A stretch of DNA of 64,000 nt from Acutalibacteraceae bacterium (GCA_963602035.1 CAVCHC010000001.1:25351-89350), one strand, 5' to 3'. Shown: positions 43,346 through 53,670, counted from the first letter of the stretch. Translations and numbers: made by a program. Notes: a model not told the origin generated them from the sequence alone.

Positions 43346-45166
43346 ATGAAAAAATCTGTTTTATTTTCGGTTTTTTTAAGCGTTATTTTAACGATAACTT
43401 TTGCATTTTCGACCCTTATTGAAACGGGGGTTTTAAGGTTAGCGCACGAGGATAATGGCGACGCGTCACTTTCTTGTGACCACATTTTCAGCACGATTAC
43501 GACGGTGTCAAGCGCGACGTGTACCGAAGAGGGGCACGGCTATCGCGAGTGCACCAAGTGTCACATCAAAAAGGAAGTAACAACGCCAAAAACCGCGCAC
43601 ACGGTTGACGGCTGGACGGTTACGGTTGAGCCAACGTGCGCAAAGGCGGGCGAGGCGTATGGGCGCTGCACAAGCTGCTGGCAAGTTGTTACCAAAACAC
43701 TAGCCAAAAAGGGACACTCGCCAAAGGTAACGTGGACGATTATCAAGGCGCCAACGCTTACCGAGACGGGCTTAAAGGGCATTGAATGCGAGGTCTGCGG
43801 CGAATTTTTGTGCACGGTGACTATGCCAAAACTTAGCGAGCCCGTTGACCCAATTGACCCGGTAGACCCAGTTGATCCAGTAGACCCAACGGACCCGACG
43901 GATCCAACCGATCCGTCGCACACGCACACGTATGATAGCGTGTTTACGATAGACACGGCGGCCACTTGCACAACAGACGGCCAGAAATCGCGCCACTGCA
44001 CGCACACAAACTGCACGGCGCGCACCGACGTAACGGTTATTCCCGCAACGGGGCATAATTACGACGCAGGCAAGGTTATCTTGAAGGCCACCTGCACGGC
44101 GGGCGAGGTTAAACAGTTTAAGTGCACCAACGCGGGCTGCACTCATTCATACACCGAAACGGGCACGGCGCTTGGCCACAACTTTGGCGACTTTACGACT
44201 GAAAGACAGGCAACGTGCACCGAAAGCGGCGTGAAAGCAAGGCATTGCAGTCGCTGTGAAGCGCGCAAAGACGTAACCGAAATCGCGGCGCTTGGCCACA
44301 ATTTTGAAAAGAACTTCACGATAGATTTTGAGCCAAATTGCCTTAGCGACGGCCAGATGTCTCGCCGCTGCACGCGCTGTGAAGAGGCGACCGAAATCAC
44401 GGTTATCGAGCACGACGCGGATATGCACGACCCGATTGAGTCGACCATAATTTACATCGAGGCGACCTGCACAACGGGCGGATATTTGGAATATGAATGC
44501 AGGTATTGTCACCAAGCGGTGCGCATCCATTGTGAAAACGAACTCGGCCACGACGACAACTTTTTGACGGGCGGCGTCTGCGGGCGTTGCGGCGCTACGG
44601 GCACGGGCTATGACGACCTTGGGCACGACTGCGCGCGTCACGGGCACGTGTTCAGCACGGTTGGCGTCTGCGTTTATTGCGGCTATGGCTATGACGAAAC
44701 AACGGGCACCATCATCGGCGTAACTGACCCAAGCGGCTCTCAAACGGGCGGCGCTTCGGGCGGACAAACCACGTGCAGCCACGCGCATACCACAACTGAG
44801 ACCACGCGCGTTTTTCACCTTGACGGGAAAGAGGGCGTGTTTGACGAACAGTATTGCTACGCCGATTGTACGCACCACACGTGCAGCGACTGTGGCAAAG
44901 AATGGTGGGATAATTACGTTTACACCAGCCACACCTTTGCGGGCGGGACGTGCACAAACTGCGGCTTTTCAAAAACGGGCTGCAACCACGACCACGTTGA
45001 GATTATCGACCTGCCACAAGGCTGCGTGACCATCCACCACGGCGAGTGCACAGATTGCGGCGCAACCACCGACGTAACATCGGGCAGCCACGGCACGATT
45101 ATCGTTGACAAGAACGGCAAAAAGTATTGCCTTGCTTGCGGCTGGATCTTTGAAATGAAAGTTTAG
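43346..45166 (+). CDS. membrane-anchored Cys/His-repeat protein 1
   Basis: N-terminal signal/anchor helix. About 8 units of H-x10-14-[AP]TC-x9-11-C-x2-4-C-x12-15-GH. An (x-D-P)8 linker at 43841-43915. A further Cys/His-rich C-terminal region. RBS AAGGGGGG precedes the ATG at 43346. Confidence 0.7.
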   Translation: MKKSVLFSVFLSVILTITFAFSTLIETGVLRLAHEDNGDASLSCDHIFSTITTVSSATCTEEGHGYRECTKCHIKKEVTTPKTAHTVDGWTVTVEPTCAKAGEAYGRCTSCWQVVTKTLAKKGHSPKVTWTIIKAPTLTETGLKGIECEVCGEFLCTVTMPKLSEPVDPIDPVDPVDPVDPTDPTDPTDPSHTHTYDSVFTIDTAATCTTDGQKSRHCTHTNCTARTDVTVIPATGHNYDAGKVILKATCTAGEVKQFKCTNAGCTHSYTETGTALGHNFGDFTTERQATCTESGVKARHCSRCEARKDVTEIAALGHNFEKNFTIDFEPNCLSDGQMSRRCTRCEEATEITVIEHDADMHDPIESTIIYIEATCTTGGYLEYECRYCHQAVRIHCENELGHDDNFLTGGVCGRCGATGTGYDDLGHDCARHGHVFSTVGVCVYCGYGYDETTGTIIGVTDPSGSQTGGASGGQTTCSHAHTTTETTRVFHLDGKEGVFDEQYCYADCTHHTCSDCGKEWWDNYVYTSHTFAGGTCTNCGFSKTGCNHDHVEIIDLPQGCVTIHHGECTDCGATTDVTSGSHGTIIVDKNGKKYCLACGWIFEMKV

Positions 45167-45243
45167 AATTGCTTTCATAAATAATAATTAGATAAAGTTC
45201 TCGGCTTTTACCCCTGACTTGTTGTAATGTATACAATGTTAAA

Positions 45244-45460
45244 CAGTCTCCGCCCCCTTGGGGGAGGGTCGTCTCGCAAACCGCAGAGGTGCAGCGGGAC
45301 AGAGGGGGTCTAAGTCCTATAAAAAATAAGAAGATACTTTACGTTAGTAAATATTTGCTAACATAATGTATCTTCTTTTTTTAAGTTGATTTTATACCCC
45401 CTCCGAGTTTCGTCGCTCTACGCTCCTCAACACTATCCTCCCCCAAGGGGGCGGAGTCTG
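45244..45460. mobile_element. MITE-like nested-palindrome element, subfamily 2
   Basis: Arms cagtctccgcccccttgggggaggg ... cctcccccaagggggcggagtctg. Inner ends gacagagggggtctaagtcct / ttataccccctccgag. Core hairpin aagaagatac..gtatcttcttttttt. Confidence 0.7.
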
Positions 45461-45488
45461 CTCAATGTGGGTAAGTGACTCTAACAAT

Positions 45489-45517
45489 GGGATTGCCTTC
45501 GGTTGCTCGCAATGACA
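45489..45517 (-). repeat. module A (short-core copy)
   Basis: gggattgccttcggttgctcgcaatgaca. Confidence 0.75.
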
Positions 45518-45590
45518 GTTGTGTAGGACATAGTTAAGGCCTAATTTTTTGCGCTGAAAAGTTGCGCGGGGGTGACGCGGCTATTTATAT

Positions 45591-45619
45591 TTGACAAGTT
45601 TGGCGCTTTGTGTTAAACT
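45591..45619 (+). promoter_or_regulatory. promoter of Cys/His-repeat gene 2
   Basis: TTGACA-17-TAAACT, the same unusual -10 as gene 1. Confidence 0.6.
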
Positions 45620-45670
45620 ATCCTCTTAAAGCCTACAAGCAAGTCTGTATATTTACACAGGGAGAGAAAG

Positions 45671-48600
45671 ATGGAAAAAGAAGAAAGGATGAACAGAACG
45701 GCCAAAGTGCTGCTTATTATACTTGCAACGATTGTGATAATCGCGATTATGGCGTTTTTCATTTTGTGGGGCACGGGCGCGCTTGACGGGTTAAAGGGCG
45801 GCAACGCGAGCGCAAAATGCAGCCACACGTTTAACTCGTGGCAGACCGACGTCCAGCCGACGTGCAAAGACGAGGGGCATATGTTTCGCGTATGCAGCAA
45901 GTGTCAGTATCGCGAGACGCGCTCGGTACCAAAGGCCGCGCACACTGTGCATAGTTGGAAGCGTACTGTTGAGCCAACCTGCTTGACGGTGGGGTCACAA
46001 AAGGGGTTGTGCACATATTGCTATCAAGAGGTGACGCAAGACATTCCCGCGCTTGGACATAAGGCCAAGGCCGACCTTGTTGTTAAGGCCGCGACGTGCA
46101 CCGAAGATGGGTCGCAGACGTCAGTTTGTGAGCGCTGCGACGCCGAGATTACAAAAACGACGCTGCCAAAACTTGGGCACGCTTGGGGCAAATACAGCGA
46201 AATTCAAAAGATGACCTGCACGAAAGACAAAATCGAGCGCCGTACCTGCTCGCGTACGGGCTGCGGAGAGCACGAGGACCGCACCACGAAGACCACGGGG
46301 CACACCTACACGGCCGAATACGAAGAGACGCTTGCGCCAACGTGCACGGTCAAGGGTAGCAAGCATAGGTTCTGTGACGTTTGTAACGACGAAGACGTGG
46401 CGGACATTGCGGCGCTTGGCCACGATTACAGCGATGAATGGACGACGGACGAGGCGCCGACCTGCATCAAAGTGGGCAGCAAATCAAGGCATTGCAAGCG
46501 AACGGGCTGCGACGCCAAGACGGACGAAACAGAGATAGAAAAAACGGCGCATAACTGGGGCGCGTGGCTCGAAGAGGTGGCGGCGGACTGTGTAAATAAG
46601 GGCACGAAAAGACACACCTGCCAAACCGCGGGCTGCACGGCGTATGAGACCGATTCGATACCTGCGCTTGGGCACGACTGGGGTGAGTGGGAAAATAACA
46701 CCGCGACGTGCACCAAGGGCGGGACGGCGACGCATACCTGCACGCGTGACGGCTGTGGCGCCAGCGAAACAAAAAATACCGACCCCCTTGACCACGACTG
46801 GGATGAGGGCATTGTTACAACCAAGCCAACCTGCGAAGTAGACGGCGAGAGGACGTTTACATGTAAACGGGGCTGCGGCGCGCAAACCACGGCAATAGAA
46901 CCCGCGACAGGGCATACTGAAAGCGACTGGATAGTTGACCCTGGCGACGAGGCGACGTGTAAATACGAAGGGCGCAAATATAAAAAGTGTACTGTTTGTG
47001 GTGAGGTCTTAGTTGAAGGCGTTATACCGCGTACCGATGACCACCAGTATGGGTCGTGGACGACCGAGCTTGCGCCAACGTGTACAGAAGAAGGCTTGAT
47101 GACGAGAGAGTGCGTTATTTGTGGCCACGTTGATGAACAAATTTTAGACGCAACGGGGCATAACTATCAGGTTTCAAAGGACGATTGCACAGAGCCGACA
47201 TGTACAGTAGATGGCGAAACAGTTAAAAAATGTACTAAATGCGGCGATATAATAACCGAGACGCTGCCAAAACTTGGGCACGTTGAAGGCGATTGGGAAG
47301 TTACTGTTGAGGCAAAGTGTGAGACCGAAGGAACGCGCGTAAAGAAATGTAAAAGATGCGGCGAAATACTTGCTACCGAGAAGATTGACGCTCTTGACCA
47401 TGACTGGGATGAAGGCAAAGAGATCAAGGCAGCAACGTGCGTAGACAAAGGCCAAACGTTGTTTACTTGCAAACGTACAGGCTGTGGCGCGACCAAGACC
47501 GAAGACATCGACACAACGGGTGTGCATACGTGGGATGAAGGCAAAGTTACGACTGAGCCAACTTGCGAAACGGCGGGCGTAAAGACGATTACGTGCGATG
47601 TTTGTAAAACAACAAAAACCGAAGAGATTAAGGCCACGGGGCACACTGAGGCTGAACGCACTACGACCGCGGCAACCTGTGTTGACGATGGAATGAAAGA
47701 AATCTATTGCACGATTTGCAGCAAGGTTTTAAGAACCGAAGAGATTGCGGCCACGGGCGAGCATACGTGGGATGAGGGCGAGGTCACGAAAGAGGCGACG
47801 TGCGTGGAGACGGGCATAAAAACGTATACCTGCACGGTTTGCAAAACGACCAAAACCGAAGACATCCCATTATCTACGGAGCACTCGTGGAACGACGGCG
47901 TTGTAACCAGTGCGGCGACGTGCGAAATAACGGGCGTTAAGACGTATACGTGCAATCTTTGCAGAAAAACAAAGGCCGAGACGATTAGCCCGCTTGGCCA
48001 TAAATACAAAACAGATTATACAGTGGACAAAGAGGCAACCTGCACGGAAAATGGCAGCAAATCTCTCCATTGCTCGCGAAGCGGGTGTACTTCAAAAATT
48101 GGCAGCGTAACGATTAAAGCGCTGGGGCACGATTATGATGAAACCATATTAAAGGCCGCAACTTGCACGGTGGATGGCTTGGCGCAATATGATTGTTCTA
48201 GGTGCACATCTTCGTATACAATTACCATCAATGCGACGGGGCATAACTATCAACTTTCGACGGCCGATAGTGTTTTACCAACATGCACAACAGCGGGCAA
48301 GAACGTCCAAAAATGTACTAAATGCAGCGACACAATAACTGAGACGGTGGCGGCCACAGGACACGCTTTTACGAACGGATATACCGTTGACGTTGAGCCG
48401 ACTTGCACAACGTATGGCTCTAAATCTATGCATTGCGCGGTGGCGGGTTGCTCGGGGCGTTCGACGCCGGTAAGTATCGCGCCAACGGATCACTCGTATG
48501 ACGTTGGTATTCTTCTTACTGAGGCGGACTGCACGCATGCGGCGGTCTATAAGCGGACTTGCCAGAATAAAAATTGCACTAGCACAATGACTGAGTCAAA

Positions 48601-48775
48601 AGGGGCGGCGCTTGGGCATAATTACAAAAATGGCATTTGCACAAGGTGTAATGAGCGTGACCCAGATATCAGCGTTTCGTCGCTTAACGCAAGGCTGATT
48701 AACGCGGCGGTGACCGTTGTTACTAAAAAAGATGAAACGGCGTGCGCGACAACTTTCCGCAAGCTTCGCTGGTAA
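45671..48775 (+). CDS. membrane-anchored Cys/His-repeat protein 2 (about 23 repeats)
   Basis: One N-terminal TM helix (VLLIILATIVIIAIMAFFILW) followed by about 23 units of about 42-46 aa, for example GHDWGEWENNTATCTKGGTATHTCTRDGCGASETKNTDPLDH. RBS GGGAGAGAAAG. Confidence 0.75.
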   Translation: MEKEERMNRTAKVLLIILATIVIIAIMAFFILWGTGALDGLKGGNASAKCSHTFNSWQTDVQPTCKDEGHMFRVCSKCQYRETRSVPKAAHTVHSWKRTVEPTCLTVGSQKGLCTYCYQEVTQDIPALGHKAKADLVVKAATCTEDGSQTSVCERCDAEITKTTLPKLGHAWGKYSEIQKMTCTKDKIERRTCSRTGCGEHEDRTTKTTGHTYTAEYEETLAPTCTVKGSKHRFCDVCNDEDVADIAALGHDYSDEWTTDEAPTCIKVGSKSRHCKRTGCDAKTDETEIEKTAHNWGAWLEEVAADCVNKGTKRHTCQTAGCTAYETDSIPALGHDWGEWENNTATCTKGGTATHTCTRDGCGASETKNTDPLDHDWDEGIVTTKPTCEVDGERTFTCKRGCGAQTTAIEPATGHTESDWIVDPGDEATCKYEGRKYKKCTVCGEVLVEGVIPRTDDHQYGSWTTELAPTCTEEGLMTRECVICGHVDEQILDATGHNYQVSKDDCTEPTCTVDGETVKKCTKCGDIITETLPKLGHVEGDWEVTVEAKCETEGTRVKKCKRCGEILATEKIDALDHDWDEGKEIKAATCVDKGQTLFTCKRTGCGATKTEDIDTTGVHTWDEGKVTTEPTCETAGVKTITCDVCKTTKTEEIKATGHTEAERTTTAATCVDDGMKEIYCTICSKVLRTEEIAATGEHTWDEGEVTKEATCVETGIKTYTCTVCKTTKTEDIPLSTEHSWNDGVVTSAATCEITGVKTYTCNLCRKTKAETISPLGHKYKTDYTVDKEATCTENGSKSLHCSRSGCTSKIGSVTIKALGHDYDETILKAATCTVDGLAQYDCSRCTSSYTITINATGHNYQLSTADSVLPTCTTAGKNVQKCTKCSDTITETVAATGHAFTNGYTVDVEPTCTTYGSKSMHCAVAGCSGRSTPVSIAPTDHSYDVGILLTEADCTHAAVYKRTCQNKNCTSTMTESKGAALGHNYKNGICTRCNERDPDISVSSLNARLINAAVTVVTKKDETACATTFRKLRW

Positions 48776-48831
48776 TGTTTGCTGGGCGAAGAGGCGATGC
48801 CAGCCGATTTTAAAAAAGTTTTATAAAATAC

Positions 48832-48860
48832 TTGATTTTGGGCATAATTTAGGGTATAAT
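48832..48860 (+). promoter_or_regulatory. promoter of the rimP-nusA-infB operon
   Basis: TTGATT-17-TATAAT. Confidence 0.65.
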
Positions 48861-48883
48861 ACAAGTGTATTGAGGCTTATTGA

Positions 48884-48914
48884 TGGGAGAGACGATTGTC
48901 TCTCCTAAATTTTT
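48884..48914 (+). terminator. leader hairpin/attenuator upstream of rimP-nusA
   Basis: ggagagac-gatt-gtctctcc followed by taaattttt, between the promoter and rimP. Confidence 0.55.
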
Positions 48915-48934
48915 GAGATAAGTTTGGGGGGAAT

Positions 48935-49390
48935 ATGTCTATTTCTAACGACGTTCAAACCGCGCTTACGCCGATTATAAGCGGGCTTGGATATGACATT
49001 GTTGAAGTTGAATTTGCCAAAAAGCAAGACGGCAACAATCTTACGATTTTTATTGATAAAAAGGGCGGTGTTAGCCTTGATGACTGCGTTTTGGTTCACA
49101 ACGCTATTGACGCGCCGCTTGACGAGCTTGACCCAACAAAAGGCGAGCATTATATCTTAAACGTGTCTTCACCGGGGCTTGATAGGCCGATTAAAACCGA
49201 CGCTGACCTTGAACGCAACATGGGCGAAAAACTTGAAGCGAACACTTTTGTTAAGGTAGGCGCGCGCAAGCATTTTGAGGGCGTTTTGACGGGCTACACC
49301 GAAAGCGAAATCACGCTTGACACTGAGCACGGCGCGGTTACGCTTGAAAGAAAAAATATATCTAAACTTAATAAATTCATAGAGTTTTAA
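48935..49390 (+). CDS. rimP: ribosome maturation factor RimP
   Basis: GYDIVEVEF...LNVSSPGLDRPIK motif. Confidence 0.9.
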   Translation: MSISNDVQTALTPIISGLGYDIVEVEFAKKQDGNNLTIFIDKKGGVSLDDCVLVHNAIDAPLDELDPTKGEHYILNVSSPGLDRPIKTDADLERNMGEKLEANTFVKVGARKHFEGVLTGYTESEITLDTEHGAVTLERKNISKLNKFIEF

Positions 49391-49399
49391 GGAGAAAAA

Positions 49400-50524
49400 A
49401 TGGTTAACAAAGATTTATTTGCGGCTCTTGACGAGCTTGAAGCAAACAAAGGTATTAAAAAAGAGTTCTTTTTAGAGACGCTTGAAGCGGCACTTGCGGC
49501 GGCGTACAAGAAAAACTATGGCGAGGCTAGGTCGATTGAGGTTAAAATCACGCCAGAAAAAAACAAGATTGAATTTTTTGCATACAAAACGGTTGTTGAA
49601 GCGGTTGAAGACCCTGACACTCAGGTTTCGCTTGAAGACGCGCAACAACTTAAAAAATCTATCAAAATTGGCGACACCTTAAAAGAAGAAATCACGCCAA
49701 AAGATTTCGGCCGTATCGCAGCAGGAACCGCAAAACAGGTTATCGTTCAAAAGCTTAGAGAGGCAGAGCGCAGCATGGCGTTTGGCGAGCTTGAAAACAA
49801 GGTAGACACGATTATTAACGGCGTTGTTAGGCGTGTTGAGGGCGACGCGGTTTATGTTGAACTTAGCGGGACGACCATCGAAGGCGTTATGATGACCAGC
49901 GACCAAATCCCTAACGAAAAGTATGCAGTTGGCGCGCGAATTAAGGTTTATGTTAAAAAACTACGCGAGGGCTTTAACGGCGTACAGGCGGTTGTGTCAC
50001 GCGCGGTGCCTAACTTTGTTAAAAAACTTTTCGAGGCCGAGGTGCCTGAGATTGCGTCGGGCGTTGTTGAGATAAAAGGCGTTGTTCGCGAGGCGGGGTA
50101 CAGAACCAAAATCGCCATCACGTCTAATGATAGTGACGTTGACGCGCTTGGTGCGTGCGTTGGTAACCGCGGGGCACGTGTTAACGCGATTGTTGCTGAA
50201 CTTAACGGCGAAAAGGTTGACATCATTATTTGGAGCGATGACCCATTTGAATACATCGCGCGCGCGCTTAGCCCAGCCAAGGTTATAAGCGTTGAAATTG
50301 ACGAGATTTTAAAGGCGTCTAAGGTAATAGTGCCTGATGACAAACTTTCGCTTGCTATTGGCAAGGCGGGTCAAAACGTGCGATTGGCTGCTAAACTTAC
50401 GGGCTGGAAGATTGACGTTAAAAGTGAAAGCGTAAGTCGTGCGGCTGAGGCGCAGGCTGAGCTTGACAGCACGGTTAGCACGGACGCTGACGACGCTGGC
50501 TCACTTTTTGTTGACCTTGACTAA
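49400..50524 (+). CDS. nusA: transcription termination/antitermination factor NusA
   Basis: N-terminal domain, S1 domain and two KH domains (AIGKAGQNVRLAAKLTGWKIDV). Confidence 0.96.
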   Translation: MVNKDLFAALDELEANKGIKKEFFLETLEAALAAAYKKNYGEARSIEVKITPEKNKIEFFAYKTVVEAVEDPDTQVSLEDAQQLKKSIKIGDTLKEEITPKDFGRIAAGTAKQVIVQKLREAERSMAFGELENKVDTIINGVVRRVEGDAVYVELSGTTIEGVMMTSDQIPNEKYAVGARIKVYVKKLREGFNGVQAVVSRAVPNFVKKLFEAEVPEIASGVVEIKGVVREAGYRTKIAITSNDSDVDALGACVGNRGARVNAIVAELNGEKVDIIIWSDDPFEYIARALSPAKVISVEIDEILKASKVIVPDDKLSLAIGKAGQNVRLAAKLTGWKIDVKSESVSRAAEAQAELDSTVSTDADDAGSLFVDLD

Positions 50525-50535
50525 AAGGAGAAACT

Positions 50536-50793
50536 ATGAAAAAAACGCCACAAAGAATGTGTATTGCCTGCCGAACGGGGCGAGACAAAAATGAGTTCAT
50601 CCGTTTTGTTAAACTCTCGGGCGGCGGCGTAATTCTTGATAAAACGGGCAAGGCGATGGGGCGCGGCGCATATGTTTGTAACAACACGGACTGCGTCAAA
50701 AAGGCCATAAAACAAAGGGCGCTTAACCGTGCGTTTAAGTGTGAGATTGCGCCCGAAATTTATCGCGAGTTAGAGGAGACGGTTGGTGAATAA
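50536..50793 (+). CDS. ylxR: YlxR/RnpM-family RNA-binding protein
   Basis: RMCIACR...GRGAYVC motif pair. Conserved position. Confidence 0.88.
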   Translation: MKKTPQRMCIACRTGRDKNEFIRFVKLSGGGVILDKTGKAMGRGAYVCNNTDCVKKAIKQRALNRAFKCEIAPEIYRELEETVGE

Positions 50794-51076
50794 ACTTAAC
50801 AGTTATATCGGGTTTGCGCGAAAAAGCGGTGCGTGCGTTTTGGGGGTGGATAACCTTTTAAAAAGCCGCGCGGTTAAGATAGTTTTCGCAAGTCCCAGCC
50901 TTAAAGAAAACTCGCTTTCAAAACTTAAAAATAGGTTCGGTGAGGTGCTTTTTGTTACTCCGCTTGCGTTTGAAACGCTTAGCCCAAGTGTTTTGGCGTT
51001 TGGGATAACGGACATTAACCTTGCTGACGCTTGTTTTAAAATAATCAAAACGACCGATTGTGGTCAAGGAGACTAA
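50786..51076 (+). CDS. L7Ae-family RNA-binding protein (YlxQ-like)
   Basis: Conserved position between ylxR and infB. GTG at 50786 is favoured by RBS spacing; TTG at 50783 is also possible. Confidence 0.72.
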   Translation: MNKLNSYIGFARKSGACVLGVDNLLKSRAVKIVFASPSLKENSLSKLKNRFGEVLFVTPLAFETLSPSVLAFGITDINLADACFKIIKTTDCGQGD

Positions 51077-51079
51077 ACT

Positions 51080-53659
51080 TTGACAAACCAAGAAAACAAA
51101 GAAAAAATGACGCTTGAAAACATCAAACTTGTGCAAGACCAGTTAAAAGACAACGCGATTGCCAAACTGCTTGCCAACGTTAAAAAGGCACGAACAAGAG
51201 TTGACCAGACCCTTGTTTCTTTGCGTGTTAAACAGAAAGAACTTGCAGCCCACGCGGCCGAACAAAAGGCACAAGCCGAGGCAGCAGAGCGCGCAAGATT
51301 AAAGGCAGAGGCGGAGGCAAAAGCCCAGGCAGAGGCAAAGGTGAAGGCCGAAACTAAGCCAGCCCCAGCCGCTAAACCTGCCCAAGCGCCAACGCAAGCA
51401 AGGCCTAATGCGCCACAATCGCGTCCTCAAACTCAAACGCGTGTTTTTGCTAACAACACGAACACGGCGGGCGGGTATCGTAACGGCGGGGTAAGCCCAA
51501 ACTATAAAGGCAATAACCCTCGTCCGTTTGGCGCTAACCCAAGGTTTGGCGCGAATGCTAATGGTCAGGGTACGGGCAGAAACGCTTACGGCGCGCAAGG
51601 TCAAAACAGGCCTAATGGCGCAAGGCCAGCGGGAGCGCGTCCAGCGGGGGCAAACAGGCCAATGGGTACGCCAAGGCTTAAACCTACCGAGGCGTTAGAC
51701 GTTTCAACGCTTGTTAAAAAGGACGTAAGCCATCAAACCAAGAAAAAGACTTTTGACCGCGGCGATGACAAAAAGTCGATGAACAAAAAGGCGCTTGTTA
51801 TGCGCGGGTACGTTGAAGACGCCAGCCTTATGGACGAAGATTTTGTGTCTGGCGGAAAGCGTAAAAGCAAGAAGACGAAAGAAACGCAAACGGTGGTTGC
51901 GCCTCGTGTTGACCACGCGGTTATCACAACGGAGAACCTTACCGTTAAACTTTTGGCTGAAAAAATCGGCCGCCCAGTTACCGAACTTATGAGCAAATTC
52001 TTGATGCTTGGGATGATTGTTAACATCAACTCTAACATCGATTTTGACAGTGCGGAACTTATCGCAAGCGAGCTTGGCGTAACCCTTGAAAAGAAGCTTG
52101 ACAAGACGTTTGAAGAAAAGATGGCCGAGATGCACAATGCCGACGCTGAGGACGAGAAAGACCTTATCAAGCGCCCACCAGTTATCACGGTTATGGGTCA
52201 CGTTGACCACGGTAAAACGTCGCTGCTTGACCGCATCCGTCAAACGCACGTAACCCAAGGCGAGGCGGGCGGAATCACCCAGCACATCGGCGCGTATACC
52301 ATCAAGGTTAAAGGCGAGCAGATTACGTTTATCGACACCCCAGGCCACGCGGCGTTCACGGCTATGCGTAAGCGTGGGGCGAACCTAACGGACATTGCAA
52401 TCTTGGTTGTTGCGGCTGACGACGGCGTTATGCCTCAAACAATCGAGGCGATTAAGCACATCAAAGACGCGAAAGTGCCTATGATTGTTGCCATTAACAA
52501 GATAGACACGGTTAACGCAAATGTTGACCGAATTAAGCAAGAGCTTGCCGAACAAAACGTTATCCCCGAAGAATGGGGCGGCGACGCTATTATGGTGCCT
52601 ATTTCGGCTAAAACTGGTGAAAATGTTGACAAGCTTTTAGAGATGATTTTGTTTGTAAGCGAATATCAAAACCTTCGCGCTAACCCTAACAGGCAGGCCA
52701 GCGGGTCTATTATCGAGGCGCGCCTTGATAAGGGTATGGGCTCGGTAGCGACGGTGCTTGTGCAGAACGGTACGCTTCACGTTGGCGACTTTGTTTTGGC
52801 GGGTACGTGCTCGGGCAAGGTGCGCGCTATGGTTGACGACAAGGGCGCACACATCAAGTCGGCTGGGCCATCAACGCCAGTGTCGATTTTGGGGCTTACG
52901 GGTGTGCCTAACGCGGGCGACTCGCTTTACGCGGTAGACGAAAAACTTAGCAAGCAGGTTGTTGCAGAGCGTATTGAAAAAGAGCGTATGGGGCTTATCA
53001 AAAAGGCCGACCTTTCGGTTGACTCGCTTATGAACCGTATCGCAGACAGCAACTTTAAAGACTTTAACGTTATCATAAAAGGTGACGTTGCGGGCTCGGT
53101 TGAGGCGCTTAAAGAGACGCTTAGCGCTATCGAAAACGAAGAGGTTAAAGTGCGTTGTATTCACGGCGGCGTTGGCGCGATTAATGAAAACGACGTTATG
53201 CTTGCCCAAGCGGCGCACGCGGTTATCATCGGCTTTAACGTTAAGCCTGACTTTAAGGCGAAAATCCTTGCCGAGAAATATAAGGTAGACATTAAATTTT
53301 ATAAGATTATTTATGAGGCGATTGAGTTTGTAACCCAGTCTATTGAAGCGATGAAGACGCCTAAGTTTGAAGAGGTTATAACGGGTCACGCCGAGGTAAG
53401 GCAGTTGTTTAAGGCCAGCAAGGTTGGCACAATCGCGGGCTCGCATATGCTTGACGGTAAGATAACCAAACAAAGCAAGGTTCGCATTACGCGCAAAAAC
53501 AAGCTTATCTTTGAAGGCAACGTTGCGTCACTTCAACGTGAGAAAAACGAGGCCAAAGAGGTGCTTGCGGGCTTTGATTTTGGCGTTACGTTTGACGGGT
53601 TTGGCGACATCGAAGTTGGCGATATGATAGAAGCGTACAGCCTTGAAAAAATTAAATAG
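51080..53659 (+). CDS. infB: translation initiation factor IF-2
   Basis: [14 protein letters not shown] and NKID G-domain motifs. Low-complexity Ala/Gln/Pro-rich N-terminus. TTG start 7 nt after AGGAGA. Confidence 0.96.
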   Translation: MTNQENKEKMTLENIKLVQDQLKDNAIAKLLANVKKARTRVDQTLVSLRVKQKELAAHAAEQKAQAEAAERARLKAEAEAKAQAEAKVKAETKPAPAAKPAQAPTQARPNAPQSRPQTQTRVFANNTNTAGGYRNGGVSPNYKGNNPRPFGANPRFGANANGQGTGRNAYGAQGQNRPNGARPAGARPAGANRPMGTPRLKPTEALDVSTLVKKDVSHQTKKKTFDRGDDKKSMNKKALVMRGYVEDASLMDEDFVSGGKRKSKKTKETQTVVAPRVDHAVITTENLTVKLLAEKIGRPVTELMSKFLMLGMIVNINSNIDFDSAELIASELGVTLEKKLDKTFEEKMAEMHNADAEDEKDLIKRPPVITVMGHVDHGKTSLLDRIRQTHVTQGEAGGITQHIGAYTIKVKGEQITFIDTPGHAAFTAMRKRGANLTDIAILVVAADDGVMPQTIEAIKHIKDAKVPMIVAINKIDTVNANVDRIKQELAEQNVIPEEWGGDAIMVPISAKTGENVDKLLEMILFVSEYQNLRANPNRQASGSIIEARLDKGMGSVATVLVQNGTLHVGDFVLAGTCSGKVRAMVDDKGAHIKSAGPSTPVSILGLTGVPNAGDSLYAVDEKLSKQVVAERIEKERMGLIKKADLSVDSLMNRIADSNFKDFNVIIKGDVAGSVEALKETLSAIENEEVKVRCIHGGVGAINENDVMLAQAAHAVIIGFNVKPDFKAKILAEKYKVDIKFYKIIYEAIEFVTQSIEAMKTPKFEEVITGHAEVRQLFKASKVGTIAGSHMLDGKITKQSKVRITRKNKLIFEGNVASLQREKNEAKEVLAGFDFGVTFDGFGDIEVGDMIEAYSLEKIK

Positions 53660-53670
53660 GGGGAATTGTT

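Noticed and set aside
43561-48538. Many antisense or overlapping ORFs within the Cys/His-repeat genes (for example 44147-44932 -, 46426-46977 -, 47167-47661 -).
   Set aside because: They are shadow ORFs in GC-rich repetitive coding DNA. Only the + frame gives the regular HCCC repeat with a signal anchor, promoter and RBS.
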